Below, one piece after another: positions 47,627-57,365 of a DNA stretch of 64,000 nt. Numbering within the stretch: the stretch's first letter is position 1; each line of letters starts with the position of its first letter. The stretch comes from Chloroflexota bacterium (GTDB lineage Bacteria; Chloroflexota; Chloroflexia; Thermomicrobiales; UBA6265). Made by a program: the position numbers and the translations under genes. The notes under the pieces are model-generated. The model was not told where the DNA came from. It did not search any database and was given only the letters and a program-made list of their open reading frames with translations. The stretch is taken from NCBI GenBank assembly GCA_023423795.1, contig JAFAEX010000158.1, positions 5,627 to 69,626 of the forward strand, in the 5' to 3' direction.

Positions 47627-48423
47627 GTTATTTGCGCTCAGTGCCGACCGCGCCCGCGTCGCCGGCAGGTCCCGCTTTGTCCGTCACAGGCTTGACCGTC
47701 GCCTACCACGAGCAGCCGGTGCTCCTCGACGTTTCCGTTTCGATTCCCGCCGGGCGGCTCACCGCCATCGTGGGACCAAACGGCGCCGGCAAGAGCACGT
47801 TGATCAAGGCGGCGCTCGGACTGGTTCCCGCAATCTCGGGCACGACCCGCGTCTTTGGGCGGCCGCTGCGCAACGAGCGGCTGCGGGTTGCGTACGTTCC
47901 CCAGCGGACCAGCGTCGATTGGGATTTCCCGACCGACGCGCTGGATGTCGTCACGATGGGACGCTACGGGCGTCTGGGCTGGTTGCGCCGCCCCGGGCCG
48001 GCGGACCGCGAGGCCGCGCTGGCCTGCCTCGCCGAAGTCGGCATGGCCGATCTCGCCCATCGCCAGATCAGCCAGTTGTCGGGCGGGCAGCAGCAGCGGG
48101 TGTTCCTCGCCCGCGCGCTCGCGCAGGGCGCGGATCTTTACCTGATGGACGAACCGTTCGCCGGCGTCGATGCCGCGACCGAGCGCGCCATCGTGGCACT
48201 GCTGCGCCGCCTTGGGGACGAGGGCAAAACGGTCGTCGCCGTCCACCACGACCTTTCCACCGTAGAGGAGTACTTCGACGAAGTCGTTCTCCTCAACCGG
48301 ACCGTCATCGCCGCCGGGCCGGTCGCCCAGGCATTCAACGAGCAGAACTTGCGCCGCACCTACGGCGGCCGCATCGCCTTCCTCGGCGGAACCGCCGCGC
48401 CCGCCGTGCTGGCGGCGGACTGA
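47623..48423 (+). CDS. Metal ABC transporter ATP-binding protein
   Basis: Walker A GPNGAGKST, signature LSGGQQQR, Walker B LYLMDEP. ATGA overlap with the upstream gene. Confidence 0.92.
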   Translation: MSYLRSVPTAPASPAGPALSVTGLTVAYHEQPVLLDVSVSIPAGRLTAIVGPNGAGKSTLIKAALGLVPAISGTTRVFGRPLRNERLRVAYVPQRTSVDWDFPTDALDVVTMGRYGRLGWLRRPGPADREAALACLAEVGMADLAHRQISQLSGGQQQRVFLARALAQGADLYLMDEPFAGVDAATERAIVALLRRLGDEGKTVVAVHHDLSTVEEYFDEVVLLNRTVIAAGPVAQAFNEQNLRRTYGGRIAFLGGTAAPAVLAAD

Positions 48424-48436
48424 ACGGGAAGGCGAG

Positions 48437-49321
48437 ATGCTCGACTTCGGATATACCCTCCGCACCGTCCTGCTAGGCGCCGCGATCCTGGGGGCGGTTG
48501 GCGGCGTCCTCGGCTCCTTCGCGACGCTGCGGCGGCAATCGCTGGTCGGCGATGCACTGGCCCACGCGGCGTTGCCGGGCGTTTGCCTCGCGTTCCTTGC
48601 GACCGGCCTGCGCGAGCCGCTGCCGATCCTGTCCGGTGCGATCCTCTCCGGACTTGCCGGCGCGCTCGCGCTGCTCGTCATCGTGCGCGGCAGCCGGATC
48701 AAGGAGGACGCCGCGCTGGGCATCGTCCTGTCCGTGTCGTTCGGGTTCGGCACCCTGCTGCTGACCCGCATCCAGCACCAGGGCAACGCCGCCCAGAGCG
48801 GATTGGACCGATTCCTGTTCGGGCAGGCGGCAACCTTGCTCGAACGCGACGTCGTGACGATGGCGGTCCTCGCCGCCGTCGTGCTGACGGCCGTCTGGGC
48901 CTTCTTCAAGGAACTGAAACTGCTCGCCTTCGATCCCGGCTTCGCCGCGGCCGCCGGGTTCCCCGTCACCGCGCTCTCGGTCGGATTGACCGTGCTCCTG
49001 GTGGCCGCCGTCGCCATCGGTTTGCAAGCGGTCGGCGTGATCCTGATGGTGGCCCTGCTGATCGCTCCAGCGGTCGCCGCCCGGCAGTGGACCCATTCGC
49101 TCGGTGCGATGACGTTGCTCGCCGCCGCCATCGGGGCGACCTCCGGCGTCGTCGGGACACTGCTGAGCGCCGGTGCTACCGACGTTCCCACCGGTCCGGC
49201 GATCGTGCTTGTCGCCACGGCGTTCGCCGTCGCCTCGGTGCTGTTCGCGCCGGAGCGGGGCGTGATTTGGCGTATGCGCCGCCAGCGTACGCTGGCGGCG
49301 CAGGGGAGCGGGCAGGCATGA
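48437..49321 (+). CDS. Metal ABC transporter permease (TroC/MntC-like)
   Basis: ABC-3 family membrane pattern (FKELKLLAFDPGFAAAAG). Confidence 0.88.
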   Translation: MLDFGYTLRTVLLGAAILGAVGGVLGSFATLRRQSLVGDALAHAALPGVCLAFLATGLREPLPILSGAILSGLAGALALLVIVRGSRIKEDAALGIVLSVSFGFGTLLLTRIQHQGNAAQSGLDRFLFGQAATLLERDVVTMAVLAAVVLTAVWAFFKELKLLAFDPGFAAAAGFPVTALSVGLTVLLVAAVAIGLQAVGVILMVALLIAPAVAARQWTHSLGAMTLLAAAIGATSGVVGTLLSAGATDVPTGPAIVLVATAFAVASVLFAPERGVIWRMRRQRTLAAQGSGQA

Positions 49322-50223
49322 GCGCCGCTACCGTGATCGTGCTGACCGCCATGCTGGTCGGCGTGGCCTGCGCCATCCCCGGCTGCTTCCTCGTCCTGCG
49401 GCGCACGGCGATGATGGGGGACGCCATCTCCCACGCCGTGCTGCTCGGCATCGTCGCCGCGTTCGCGCTCACCGGTGGGCAGGCACAGATCCCGGTCCTC
49501 GTCGGGGCGACGGCGGTGGGCGTGCTGACCGTGGCCCTCGTCGAACTCGTGCGCCGCAGCGGGTTGGTCGCCGACGACGCGGCCATCGGGCTAGTCTTCC
49601 CGGCGCTGTTCGCCGTCGCCGTGGTTGCGATCGCCCGGTTTCCGTCGGTGGTTCACCTCGACGTCGATCACGTGCTGTACGGTGAGATCGCCTACGCCCC
49701 GCTCGACCGGCTCGTCCTCTTCGGGACCGATCTGGGGTACCGTTCCCTCTGGGTGCTGGGCGCCCTGGCGATCGTCAACGTCGCGTTCGCCGTGCTGTTC
49801 TTCAAGGAGCTGAAGCTGGCCACGTTCGACGAAGGACTGGCGGCCACGCTCGGGTTCTCGCCCCGGGTGATCCACTACGGGCTGATGACCGTCGTCGCCG
49901 CCACCGCGGTCATCGCGTTCGACAGCGTGGGCTCGATCCTCGTGGTCGGCATGCTGATCGTGCCGGCGGCGACCGCCTGGCTGCTGACCGACCGCCTCGG
50001 CGCGATGCTCGTGCTGGCGGTCGGCGCCGCCGCGCTCGCCGGGATCGGCGGATACTGGTTGGCGCGGCTGCTCGACGGTTCGATCTCGGGGTCGATGGCG
50101 ACCGTTGGCGGCATCCTGTTCGCGCTCGCCTTTGCCGCCGCGCCGAAGCACGGCGCGATCGCCGGGTGGCGCCGCCGCCGCGCCCTGCAACGGTCGCTGG
50201 CCGCCCAGGCGGAGGCGGCGTGA
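49318..50223 (+). CDS. Metal ABC transporter permease (TroD/MntD-like)
   Basis: ABC-3 pattern (FKELKLATFDEGLAATLG). ATGA overlap with the previous permease. Confidence 0.88.
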   Translation: MSAATVIVLTAMLVGVACAIPGCFLVLRRTAMMGDAISHAVLLGIVAAFALTGGQAQIPVLVGATAVGVLTVALVELVRRSGLVADDAAIGLVFPALFAVAVVAIARFPSVVHLDVDHVLYGEIAYAPLDRLVLFGTDLGYRSLWVLGALAIVNVAFAVLFFKELKLATFDEGLAATLGFSPRVIHYGLMTVVAATAVIAFDSVGSILVVGMLIVPAATAWLLTDRLGAMLVLAVGAAALAGIGGYWLARLLDGSISGSMATVGGILFALAFAAAPKHGAIAGWRRRRALQRSLAAQAEAA

Positions 50224-50996
50224 TGGAGATCGAACACAAGCGGCAGCCGCGCAAACTCAGCCATGCCCCGGAGCGCCGGCAGGATTCCTCGGGCGAGGCC
50301 GATCACCGGATCACCCACGCGATGGAGGACTACCTCAAGGCGGTCTACAAGCTGGAAACGGACGAGACCGCGGCCTCCACCCAGAAGCTGGCCGAGGAAC
50401 TCGGCATTTCCGGTCCGTCGGTGACGAGCATGGCCAAGCGGCTCCACGAGTTGGGCCTGGTTGCCCACGAGCCGTACCAGGGGGTGCGCCTGACCGACCG
50501 TGGCCGGGTGGTCGCGCTCGAAGTCGTCCGCCACCACCGGCTGCTGGAGCTGTACCTCACCGAGACGCTCGGGTTCGGCTGGGACGAGGTCCACGAGGAA
50601 GCGGAGCGGCTGGAGCACCACCTTTCGGAAGCACTCGAAGCCCGCATCGACCAGATCCTCGGCTACCCGACGCACGACCCGCATGGCGACCCGATTCCCA
50701 CGGTAGAAGGGGATATCGCCAGAATCGCCCCGACCCGGCTCGACGAACTCGCGGCCGGCAGTTGCGGCACGGTTACCCGCGTCGATGACCGCGACCCGGC
50801 CAAGTTGCGGTTCCTCGGCGAATTGGGCATCCGCCCCGGCAGCGCCGTGCGCGTCCTCGAACGCTTCCCGTTCGACGGCCCGCTGCGCGTGGCGATCGGC
50901 GACGACGAGCACCTGCTCGGGCCGAGCGTGGCGGCGGCGGTCAACGTCGAGCTGGCCGGCGATCCGCCCTCGAGCTCGCCGGAGCGTCCTGTCTGA
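50223..50996 (+). CDS. DtxR/MntR-family metal-dependent transcriptional regulator with FeoA/SH3-like C-domain
   Basis: EDYLKAVYKL...SVTSMAKRL HTH, dimerisation/metal-site region HHRLLELYL...EEAERLEH. TGATG overlap with the permease stop. Confidence 0.85.
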   Translation: MEIEHKRQPRKLSHAPERRQDSSGEADHRITHAMEDYLKAVYKLETDETAASTQKLAEELGISGPSVTSMAKRLHELGLVAHEPYQGVRLTDRGRVVALEVVRHHRLLELYLTETLGFGWDEVHEEAERLEHHLSEALEARIDQILGYPTHDPHGDPIPTVEGDIARIAPTRLDELAAGSCGTVTRVDDRDPAKLRFLGELGIRPGSAVRVLERFPFDGPLRVAIGDDEHLLGPSVAAAVNVELAGDPPSSSPERPV

Positions 50997-51008
50997 GCGT
51001 TCTCGCGA

Positions 51009-51080
51009 GGATCATGGCGGCTGCCCAACTACCCCGGTTGGGCGGTGATGGCCGGTGTGTTTGAGCAGCCGCCATGATCC
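51009..51080. terminator. Long hairpin between convergent genes (16-bp perfect stem, structured 40-nt loop)
   Basis: GGATCATGGCGGCTGC (51009-51024) pairs with GCAGCCGCCATGATCC (51065-51080). Confidence 0.5.
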
Positions 51081-51126
51081 ACGGACCACGGGAACGAAGC
51101 GGCCCCGGGGTGGGGTGTGGACGACG

Positions 51127-52227
51127 TTACCCGAGTTCCAGACGTGGGTGGACGTCGGTTTCCCAACCGGTCTGGCCGCCTCGGCGCATCGCGAAGTACG
51201 CCGCGCCGGCGATCATCGCGGCGTTGTCGGTGCAGTAGGCAAGTGGCGGGCACCGAAATGCTACGTCGGCGCCGAGGTCGCGCGCCACGGCCGATTCCAG
51301 TTCGCTTCGTAAGCGGCGGTTGGCCGCCACCCCGCCAGCGAGCATGACGGTCCGCGCGTCATGTTCGCGGGCCGCGCGCAAGGTCTTCGCAACCAGCGGT
51401 TCGACGATCGCCTGCTCGAAACCGGCCGCCAGGTCGGCCACCGGCAAGTCGTCGCGGAAGCGGGGAGGGGTGTGCTCACGGAACGGGCCGGCCGGACCCC
51501 CACCGGGAGCGGCAGCGGGTTCCCCATCCGGCAGCCGGTAGGGGGAAGCCAGCCGCAGCAGGGCCGTCTTGAGTCCGGAGAACGAAAAGTCCCACGAGTC
51601 GCCGAGCCAGGCGCGCGGGAGGTCGAAGCGGTCCGGATTGCCGCCCGCCGCCGCGCGCTGGATCGCCGGTCCGCCCGGGTAGCCGAGGCCGAGCAACCGT
51701 GCGCCCTTGTCGAACGCTTCGCCGGCGGCATCGTCCAGCGTCCGCCCGAGGTGCTCGTAGCGGCCGTGGCCGGTCATCAGGATCAGTTCGGTGTGGCCGC
51801 CGGACGCCAGCAGGCATACCAGCGGAAACGCCGGGGCGGGCGGCGGCGGTTCTCCGGGCAACCCGAGCCAGTTGGCGTACACGTGGGCTTCGAGGTGGTT
51901 GACGGCGACCAGCGGCCGGTCCCAGGCGTAGGCCAGCGCCTTGGCGACGTTCACCCCGACGAGCAGCGACCCGGCAAGGCCCGGGCCGTGGGTGACGGCG
52001 ACGGCGTCCACGTCCTCCCGGTCTACCCCTGCCTCCGCAAGCGCCGTCCGCACCACCGGGATGATCGCGGTGACGTGGCCCCGCGCGGCCAGTTCCGGCA
52101 CCACGCCGCCGAACGCCTGGTGATCGGCGATCTGCGACGCGACGACGTTGGAGCGCACGCGCGCACCGCCGACGACTACCGCCGCCGCGGTTTCGTCGCA
52201 CGACGTCTCGATCCCGAGGATCAGCAT
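51127..52227 (-). CDS. tsaD: tRNA N6-adenosine threonylcarbamoyltransferase
   Basis: MLILGIETSCDETAAAV, GPGLAGSLLVG, HLEAH, SGGHTE motifs. Start at 52227, not at the track ORF start. Confidence 0.93.
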   Translation of the reverse strand: MLILGIETSCDETAAAVVVGGARVRSNVVASQIADHQAFGGVVPELAARGHVTAIIPVVRTALAEAGVDREDVDAVAVTHGPGLAGSLLVGVNVAKALAYAWDRPLVAVNHLEAHVYANWLGLPGEPPPPAPAFPLVCLLASGGHTELILMTGHGRYEHLGRTLDDAAGEAFDKGARLLGLGYPGGPAIQRAAAGGNPDRFDLPRAWLGDSWDFSFSGLKTALLRLASPYRLPDGEPAAAPGGGPAGPFREHTPPRFRDDLPVADLAAGFEQAIVEPLVAKTLRAAREHDARTVMLAGGVAANRRLRSELESAVARDLGADVAFRCPPLAYCTDNAAMIAGAAYFAMRRGGQTGWETDVHPRLELG

Positions 52228-52252
52228 CGCCGCGCCCCTTCGGCCGCCCGGA

Positions 52253-53011
52253 TCACGTTTCCCACGGCGGCTTCCCGGCCTGTTTGACCCCGGCCCAGAC
52301 GGGCGGCTCGTCCGGGAGCCCGACGATCGGGACCGGTATCCGCTCCAGCACCGTGCGGCGCAATTGCTCGACCTGTGATCGGTAGGCCGGATCGCTGATG
52401 GCCTTCGACCACATGATGTAGGCGTCTTCGTTGTTGTCGCTGTAGTAGCGGCGGCGGGTGCCCTGCGTGGTGAAACCCCACTTGCGGTAGAGCGCCTGCG
52501 CCGATTCGTTCGAGACTCGCACTTCGAGCGTAAGCCAGTTTGCGCCGCGCCGGACCGCTTCGTCGTAGAGCGACGCCAGCAGGATCTCGCCGAGGCCGCG
52601 CCCGCGCCACGGATCGTCCACGGCGATCGTGGTGACGTGCGCTTCGTCGAAGGAGTGCCACATCCCGGCGAATCCAATGACCGGGTGCGTGCGCTTGCGG
52701 CTCAGCGTGCGCCGCCCGAAGGTCATCGGAAAGAGCAGGCGCCGCGGCAGCACCGAATGGGTCTCGAGGTCGAAAACCTGCTCGGGATCGAGTTCCGCGC
52801 GCAGGACGATGTAGTGATTCTGCCTGGTGTCCTGCAGTTCCCGCCGGTAGGCAGAGGTCGGCCACGGGTTGGTGAAGCTGCGCTTCTCCACCTGCGAGAC
52901 GTCCGCGATGTCTTCGGGGCGCATCGGATCGATCCGGTAACTCGCGGCGACCGGCAGATCTTCCACGTAGCCATAGTTCCGTCGGTGTCGGGGTTTTTCG
53001 ATGGCGCTCAC
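52253..53011 (-). CDS. rimI: GNAT acetyltransferase, RimI-like (with insertions/extensions)
   Basis: Acetyl-CoA motif RGRGLGEILL, context tsaB-rimI-tsaD. 252 aa is long for RimI; the start could be the internal M at 52924. Confidence 0.75.
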   Translation of the reverse strand: MSAIEKPRHRRNYGYVEDLPVAASYRIDPMRPEDIADVSQVEKRSFTNPWPTSAYRRELQDTRQNHYIVLRAELDPEQVFDLETHSVLPRRLLFPMTFGRRTLSRKRTHPVIGFAGMWHSFDEAHVTTIAVDDPWRGRGLGEILLASLYDEAVRRGANWLTLEVRVSNESAQALYRKWGFTTQGTRRRYYSDNNEDAYIMWSKAISDPAYRSQVEQLRRTVLERIPVPIVGLPDEPPVWAGVKQAGKPPWET

Positions 53012-53058
53012 GGGGGGATCTTCTCATCCGGTGCGATCGGCGGACAAGGCCGGACGGC

Positions 53059-53709
53059 TCAGCGTCCGAGGTAGACAGGTTCCAGCGACACGGCGTCGTC
53101 GGTTTCGCCCCGCGCGAGTCGTCGCAGGGCGATCTCCAGCAGCGCCGTTGGCTGCCGCAACCGCAGCGCGGCGGGCGGAACCATAGCAGGCGAATGGGTG
53201 GTCAGGATGGACTCGGCGTCGGCGTCGAACTCGCCGACGACCATCGCGGGCTGCGGGAAATCGGCCACGGCCTCGGCCAACTCGGCCACGGTCGTGTTGC
53301 GAGGGTGGACGATCGGATCCGGCCGGCCGAACGATCCGCCAAACGCCGCCCAGGCGATCCGGCCGCGACCAGCGGGCACGACCGCGACCACCGTGCGGTT
53401 GCCGTCGAGGTGAGGCAGGGTAACCGCTTCAAGCGTCGAGACGCCAATCAGCGGCAGGTCGAGCGCCAGCACGAGGCCCTTGGCCAACCCCATCCCGACG
53501 CGCAGGCCGGTAAATGCGCCCGGCCCGGTGGCCACCGCGACGGCGGTGAGGTCGCCGACGGCGATCCGGTGCAACTCCAGCAACCGGTGCACCTGATCCA
53601 GCAGCAGGACGGTGTGCGACCGGCCCGCGTCCCACGTCAGGCTCGAAAACGAACTGTTGCCGCCGACGGCGATGCCGGCCTGCGCCGTCGAGGTGTCGAG
53701 CGCGAGCAC
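53059..53709 (-). CDS. tsaB: tRNA t6A biosynthesis protein TsaB
   Basis: VLALDTSTAQAGIAV N-terminus and GPGAFTGLRVG motif. GTG 53709 behind GAGGG (alternatives are GTG 53742 or ATG 53877). Confidence 0.8.
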   Translation of the reverse strand: MLALDTSTAQAGIAVGGNSSFSSLTWDAGRSHTVLLLDQVHRLLELHRIAVGDLTAVAVATGPGAFTGLRVGMGLAKGLVLALDLPLIGVSTLEAVTLPHLDGNRTVVAVVPAGRGRIAWAAFGGSFGRPDPIVHPRNTTVAELAEAVADFPQPAMVVGEFDADAESILTTHSPAMVPPAALRLRQPTALLEIALRRLARGETDDAVSLEPVYLGR

Positions 53710-53819
53710 CGGCCCTCGCGCTGGCTGCCCGCTGGATTCCACCGCTCTCCACCGTTCGGTCTTGACCGTGCCGCCGCGGAGTGTACCCGAGCCGTTGCTG
53801 CACCCGGCGGAACGGCGTG

Positions 53820-54356
53820 TCACGAAGCGGACCGGATTCCGGGTCCGCCCGGCCGGTGTTCCAGCGATCCGAGCCATTGCTGCGCCGCCTCGTCCGGCCC
53901 GATTGCGGTCAGCGCGATGGTCCGCTCATCGCCGCTGCCGGCCCGGATCTCGACGAGCAGGCACCGATCCGGCAGTACACGGCCTGCCCGCTCCGGCCAC
54001 TCGACGACGCTCACCCCATCCTCCGGCGACAGGTAGTCGTCGTAGCCGATTGCCTCCACTTCGTCCTCGCCGGCAAGCCGGTAGAGGTCGAGGTGGTGGA
54101 GCGTCACAGGACGGCCGTCGCTCGTTGTTCCCGCGTGTTCGTGGACGAGGACGAACGTCGGGCTTTGGACCGGCGACGAAACGCCGAGCCCGGCGGCGAT
54201 GCCCTGTGCCAGCGTCGTCTTGCCCGCCCCGAGATCCCCGTGCAGGAGGATGACGTCGCCCGGCCGCAGGGCGCGGGCGATGCGCTGCCCAAGATCCCGC
54301 GTCTGCTCCGGCCCCGTGGTCGCGATCCGGATGGTCCGGCTGCCGTTCATGGTCAT
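53820..54356 (-). CDS. tsaE: tRNA t6A biosynthesis ATPase TsaE
   Basis: Walker A GDLGAGKTTL, SPTF motif, HLDLYRL. Confidence 0.9.
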   Translation of the reverse strand: MTMNGSRTIRIATTGPEQTRDLGQRIARALRPGDVILLHGDLGAGKTTLAQGIAAGLGVSSPVQSPTFVLVHEHAGTTSDGRPVTLHHLDLYRLAGEDEVEAIGYDDYLSPEDGVSVVEWPERAGRVLPDRCLLVEIRAGSGDERTIALTAIGPDEAAQQWLGSLEHRPGGPGIRSAS

Positions 54357-54393
54357 TGGTGCGGCGGCTCCGTGGGTGCGGTCGGCGACACGC

Positions 54394-55200
54394 TCAGGCA
54401 GGCCGGCGTCCGGCGAGGTTGAGCCGCCAGTAGTCGAGGAAGAAGGGCGGATCATCGGATGCTGCGCGCTCGGTCAGGGCGTCGAGCAGCGCATCGCGCG
54501 CGGCGTCGTCCGCAAGGCGGTCGAGGTGGGCGCGCAGGACGACGTCCCGGACGAACTCCCGGTACGTCGTGGCGTCGTCGAGGATCGTCGGCGCTTCCTC
54601 CAGGGAGGTGGCGACATCGACGAACCCCGCCGCCCGCATCCGTTTCGCCGCGGTCGTATCGTCGGCGAATTCCCACGGCCCGGCCCAGCCGCGCAGTGGT
54701 TCGCCCCACACAACGGCGGCGGCCAGTTCGCGGGTGCGGTCGAGCACACCGGCGATGTTCGCGCCGCCGCCGCATTGCGCGACGAGCATGCCGCCGGGTT
54801 TCAACGCGGCGAACAGCCTGGCGAACAGGGCGTCGTGGTCGAGCACCCAATGGAACGTGGCCGTGCTGAAGATGGCGTCCACCGGCTCCGGCAGGTCGAG
54901 GTCGAGCAAGTCGCCTTGCAGGAACGTCACGCGGTCGCCGAAGCGCGGCCGCAGGTTGGCTTCGGCCTCGGCGAGCATGTTGGCCGAGCGGTCGAACCCG
55001 AAGACCTTGCCGTTCGGCAGCCGTTCGAGCAGGCGCGCCGTCAGCCTCCCGGTTCCGCAACCGGCGTCCAGCACGGTTTCGTCGCCGCGCAAGGGGAGCC
55101 GGGCCAGCACGCGCTCGCCCCAATCGACGTGGGGGTTGGACAGGATGTGGTAGGACGCCGCGTTCCATTCGGCCGGGGCGACGGTTCGGTTCGCAGTCAT
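54394..55200 (-). CDS. Class I SAM-dependent methyltransferase (Tam-like)
   Basis: Motif I VLDAGCGTGRL. ATGA overlap with the upstream gene's stop. Confidence 0.85.
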   Translation of the reverse strand: MTANRTVAPAEWNAASYHILSNPHVDWGERVLARLPLRGDETVLDAGCGTGRLTARLLERLPNGKVFGFDRSANMLAEAEANLRPRFGDRVTFLQGDLLDLDLPEPVDAIFSTATFHWVLDHDALFARLFAALKPGGMLVAQCGGGANIAGVLDRTRELAAAVVWGEPLRGWAGPWEFADDTTAAKRMRAAGFVDVATSLEEAPTILDDATTYREFVRDVVLRAHLDRLADDAARDALLDALTERAASDDPPFFLDYWRLNLAGRRPA

Positions 55201-56921
55201 GGGCGGGAATCGAGTCCAGTCCCGGCGGGCGCGTCGCCGGGCCACGAGGCGGCGACCCCAGGCGCGCTCCACTGGGGCGGACCGACAAACGGCTGGACGG
55301 AATCGTAGGCGATCGTAACCGCGGACGGCGCGGCGCCGCCCCAGCCGGTGAGCGGGTCCGCTCGAAGCATGGCCGACGGCTGGGTGCTGTCCAGCGCCGG
55401 CGCCAGCAGCGCGGACCCGTCGGGCGCCCAGGTCAGGTCGTTGGAGAGCGTGTGCCCCGCTTCCCAGTGGTGGTCGCCGCCGCCGTCCCGCAGCCAGAGC
55501 GTGCGGTCTCCCGACACCCAGGCGAAGCGCAAACCGTCCGGCGACCAGACCGGCGCGCCGACCGGGATGACGCTGCCGCTATCGACGACCTCGGTTGCAC
55601 CCGTCAGCGGATCGACGAGGTGCAGCGTGCTCTTGGGCGGTTCGTACCAACTCTGGCCGTAGAGGCTGTAGACCAGCACCAGGTCGCCGCCCGGCTGCCA
55701 GTGGACGCTCCAGGCGTCGGCAATTGCCCCATCGGTGAGGTTGGTGAACCGGGAGCCCGCCGCGTCCGCCAGCCACACGTCGCCCGGCGCGTGCTGAGGC
55801 CGTTCGTCGAACCGGCGCTCCTTGGCGACGAAGGCGATGCCGGCGCCGTCCGGCGAGAAGACCGGGTTGAATGCGAGATCGTACGTGTTGCCGGTCAGGT
55901 TTGTCTGCAACCCGGTTTCGACATCGACCGTGCGTATCGAGATCGGTCCGGCTTCCAGCACCGGGTCGTAGTCGGCCAGGCTGGTGTAGGCGAGCAGCCG
56001 CCCGTCGGGGCTCCACGCAGGTGGGGCGTGCGCCGAGACCGAACGCGCCATCGTTTCCGGGGCTTCGCCGGGGCGAACGACGACGAGCGCCACGTCACCG
56101 GAAAGGTCGCGGATATCGACCGAGAGGTAGGCCACCCGGGAGCGGTCGGGGCTCCAGACCGGCCAGAGCGCTTGCTCCCCGTCGGTCAGGCGGGTCGCGT
56201 CCGATCCGTCCGGCCCGACCAGCCAGATGTCGCGATCGCGTCCGACGACGAGCGGACCGTGCTCCTGGACGAGACCGCGCAGCCCGTCGGCGGTGTCGCC
56301 GTTCGCCGGGTCCAGCGCGGCGAGGTGGCGCAATCCGGTCTCGGCGGCTTGCCAGTCCCGCCGGCCCGCGGCGGCCTCGGATTCGCGCAGGAGCCGGTCC
56401 GCCAGGCCGCGCCGGGCATCACCGAGGCGGTCGGTGACGTCGTCGAGACCGGGGGCCCGACGCGCCACGGGCAGCAGCAGGTCGATCGCCGCGGCGTGGT
56501 CGCCGCGCTGGAGGGCGGCCACGCCGGCCTCCCGCTCGGCACGCAGCGGCTCGATGGCGGCGTTGGCCGCCGCCAGCCGAATTGGCGCGTCGAGATACGT
56601 ACCGGCTTCCGTGAACGCTTCGGCAGCGGCAATCGGATCGCCCGCCGCTGCCGCCGCCTCGCCACGCTGGAAAGCCGCTTCCAGCCGCGCCTCGTTGCTG
56701 ACTGCCGTCGCCACGCCCAAGGCAACGAGGCCAGCGAGCAGCAGAACCGGCGCCCAGAGCAACCCTGCAAGCACCCGGCGATGTCTTCCGCCGCGGCTGG
56801 ACCGGCGTGCCCGGTTGTTGCCGGTATCGGCCCGCGCCAGCCCGCCGTCGAGCCGCGCGCCGCAGGTTGCGCAGGCCGAGTTCGGGCGGTCGTTGCGGGC
56901 GGCGCAGGCGGTGCAGAACAT
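55197..56921 (-). CDS. Membrane-anchored zinc-ribbon / TPR-like / TolB-type beta-propeller protein
   Basis: MFCTACAARN..CATCG zinc ribbon, TM helix VLAGLLWAPVLLLAGLVAL, helical repeats, repeated WSPDG/FSPDG PD40-like blades. Confidence 0.8.
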   Translation of the reverse strand: MFCTACAARNDRPNSACATCGARLDGGLARADTGNNRARRSSRGGRHRRVLAGLLWAPVLLLAGLVALGVATAVSNEARLEAAFQRGEAAAAAGDPIAAAEAFTEAGTYLDAPIRLAAANAAIEPLRAEREAGVAALQRGDHAAAIDLLLPVARRAPGLDDVTDRLGDARRGLADRLLRESEAAAGRRDWQAAETGLRHLAALDPANGDTADGLRGLVQEHGPLVVGRDRDIWLVGPDGSDATRLTDGEQALWPVWSPDRSRVAYLSVDIRDLSGDVALVVVRPGEAPETMARSVSAHAPPAWSPDGRLLAYTSLADYDPVLEAGPISIRTVDVETGLQTNLTGNTYDLAFNPVFSPDGAGIAFVAKERRFDERPQHAPGDVWLADAAGSRFTNLTDGAIADAWSVHWQPGGDLVLVYSLYGQSWYEPPKSTLHLVDPLTGATEVVDSGSVIPVGAPVWSPDGLRFAWVSGDRTLWLRDGGGDHHWEAGHTLSNDLTWAPDGSALLAPALDSTQPSAMLRADPLTGWGGAAPSAVTIAYDSVQPFVGPPQWSAPGVAASWPGDAPAGTGLDSRP

Positions 56922-57010
56922 GGGCGCTCCGGCCGAGGGCGGTGCTGCCGCTATGCTACAGGAGCGGTCGCGCCGGCCGGCCGGTTTCGGACGAACCCCT
57001 GGGAGCCACG

Positions 57011-57283
57011 ATGTTCCGTATTCCCGATGGCATGTCGCAGCGCATCGGGTGCGTTTTCGCGCTGGCAATGGTGGCCGCGCCGTTCCTCGGGTTGCAGTAC
57101 GGCCCGAATGCCGGGCTGGCGGTGGCGACGGCGGCCCTTGCCGCCACTGCGTTCGTGGCGTGGGACGTTTCGCGCACCGCAATCGGAGACGAGGGCCGCC
57201 GGATGGCCTTCGCCGCGATGCTGAACGGTGCGCTGGCGGGCATCACGCTCGTGCTGCTGCTGTACCGGCTGCTGTTCGCCTGA
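57011..57283 (+). CDS. Hypothetical small membrane protein (90 aa)
   Basis: GGGAG before ATG 57011. Three hydrophobic segments, GC3-rich codons. Divergent from the zinc-ribbon gene. Confidence 0.45.
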   Translation: MFRIPDGMSQRIGCVFALAMVAAPFLGLQYGPNAGLAVATAALAATAFVAWDVSRTAIGDEGRRMAFAAMLNGALAGITLVLLLYRLLFA

Positions 57284-57365
57284 TCGTGCCGCCATGCGGC
57301 CCATGCACGGTCTCCCGTGTCGCGCACACGGTTGCCGGAAGCAACGCGTCGGGGTCATGCTGGCC

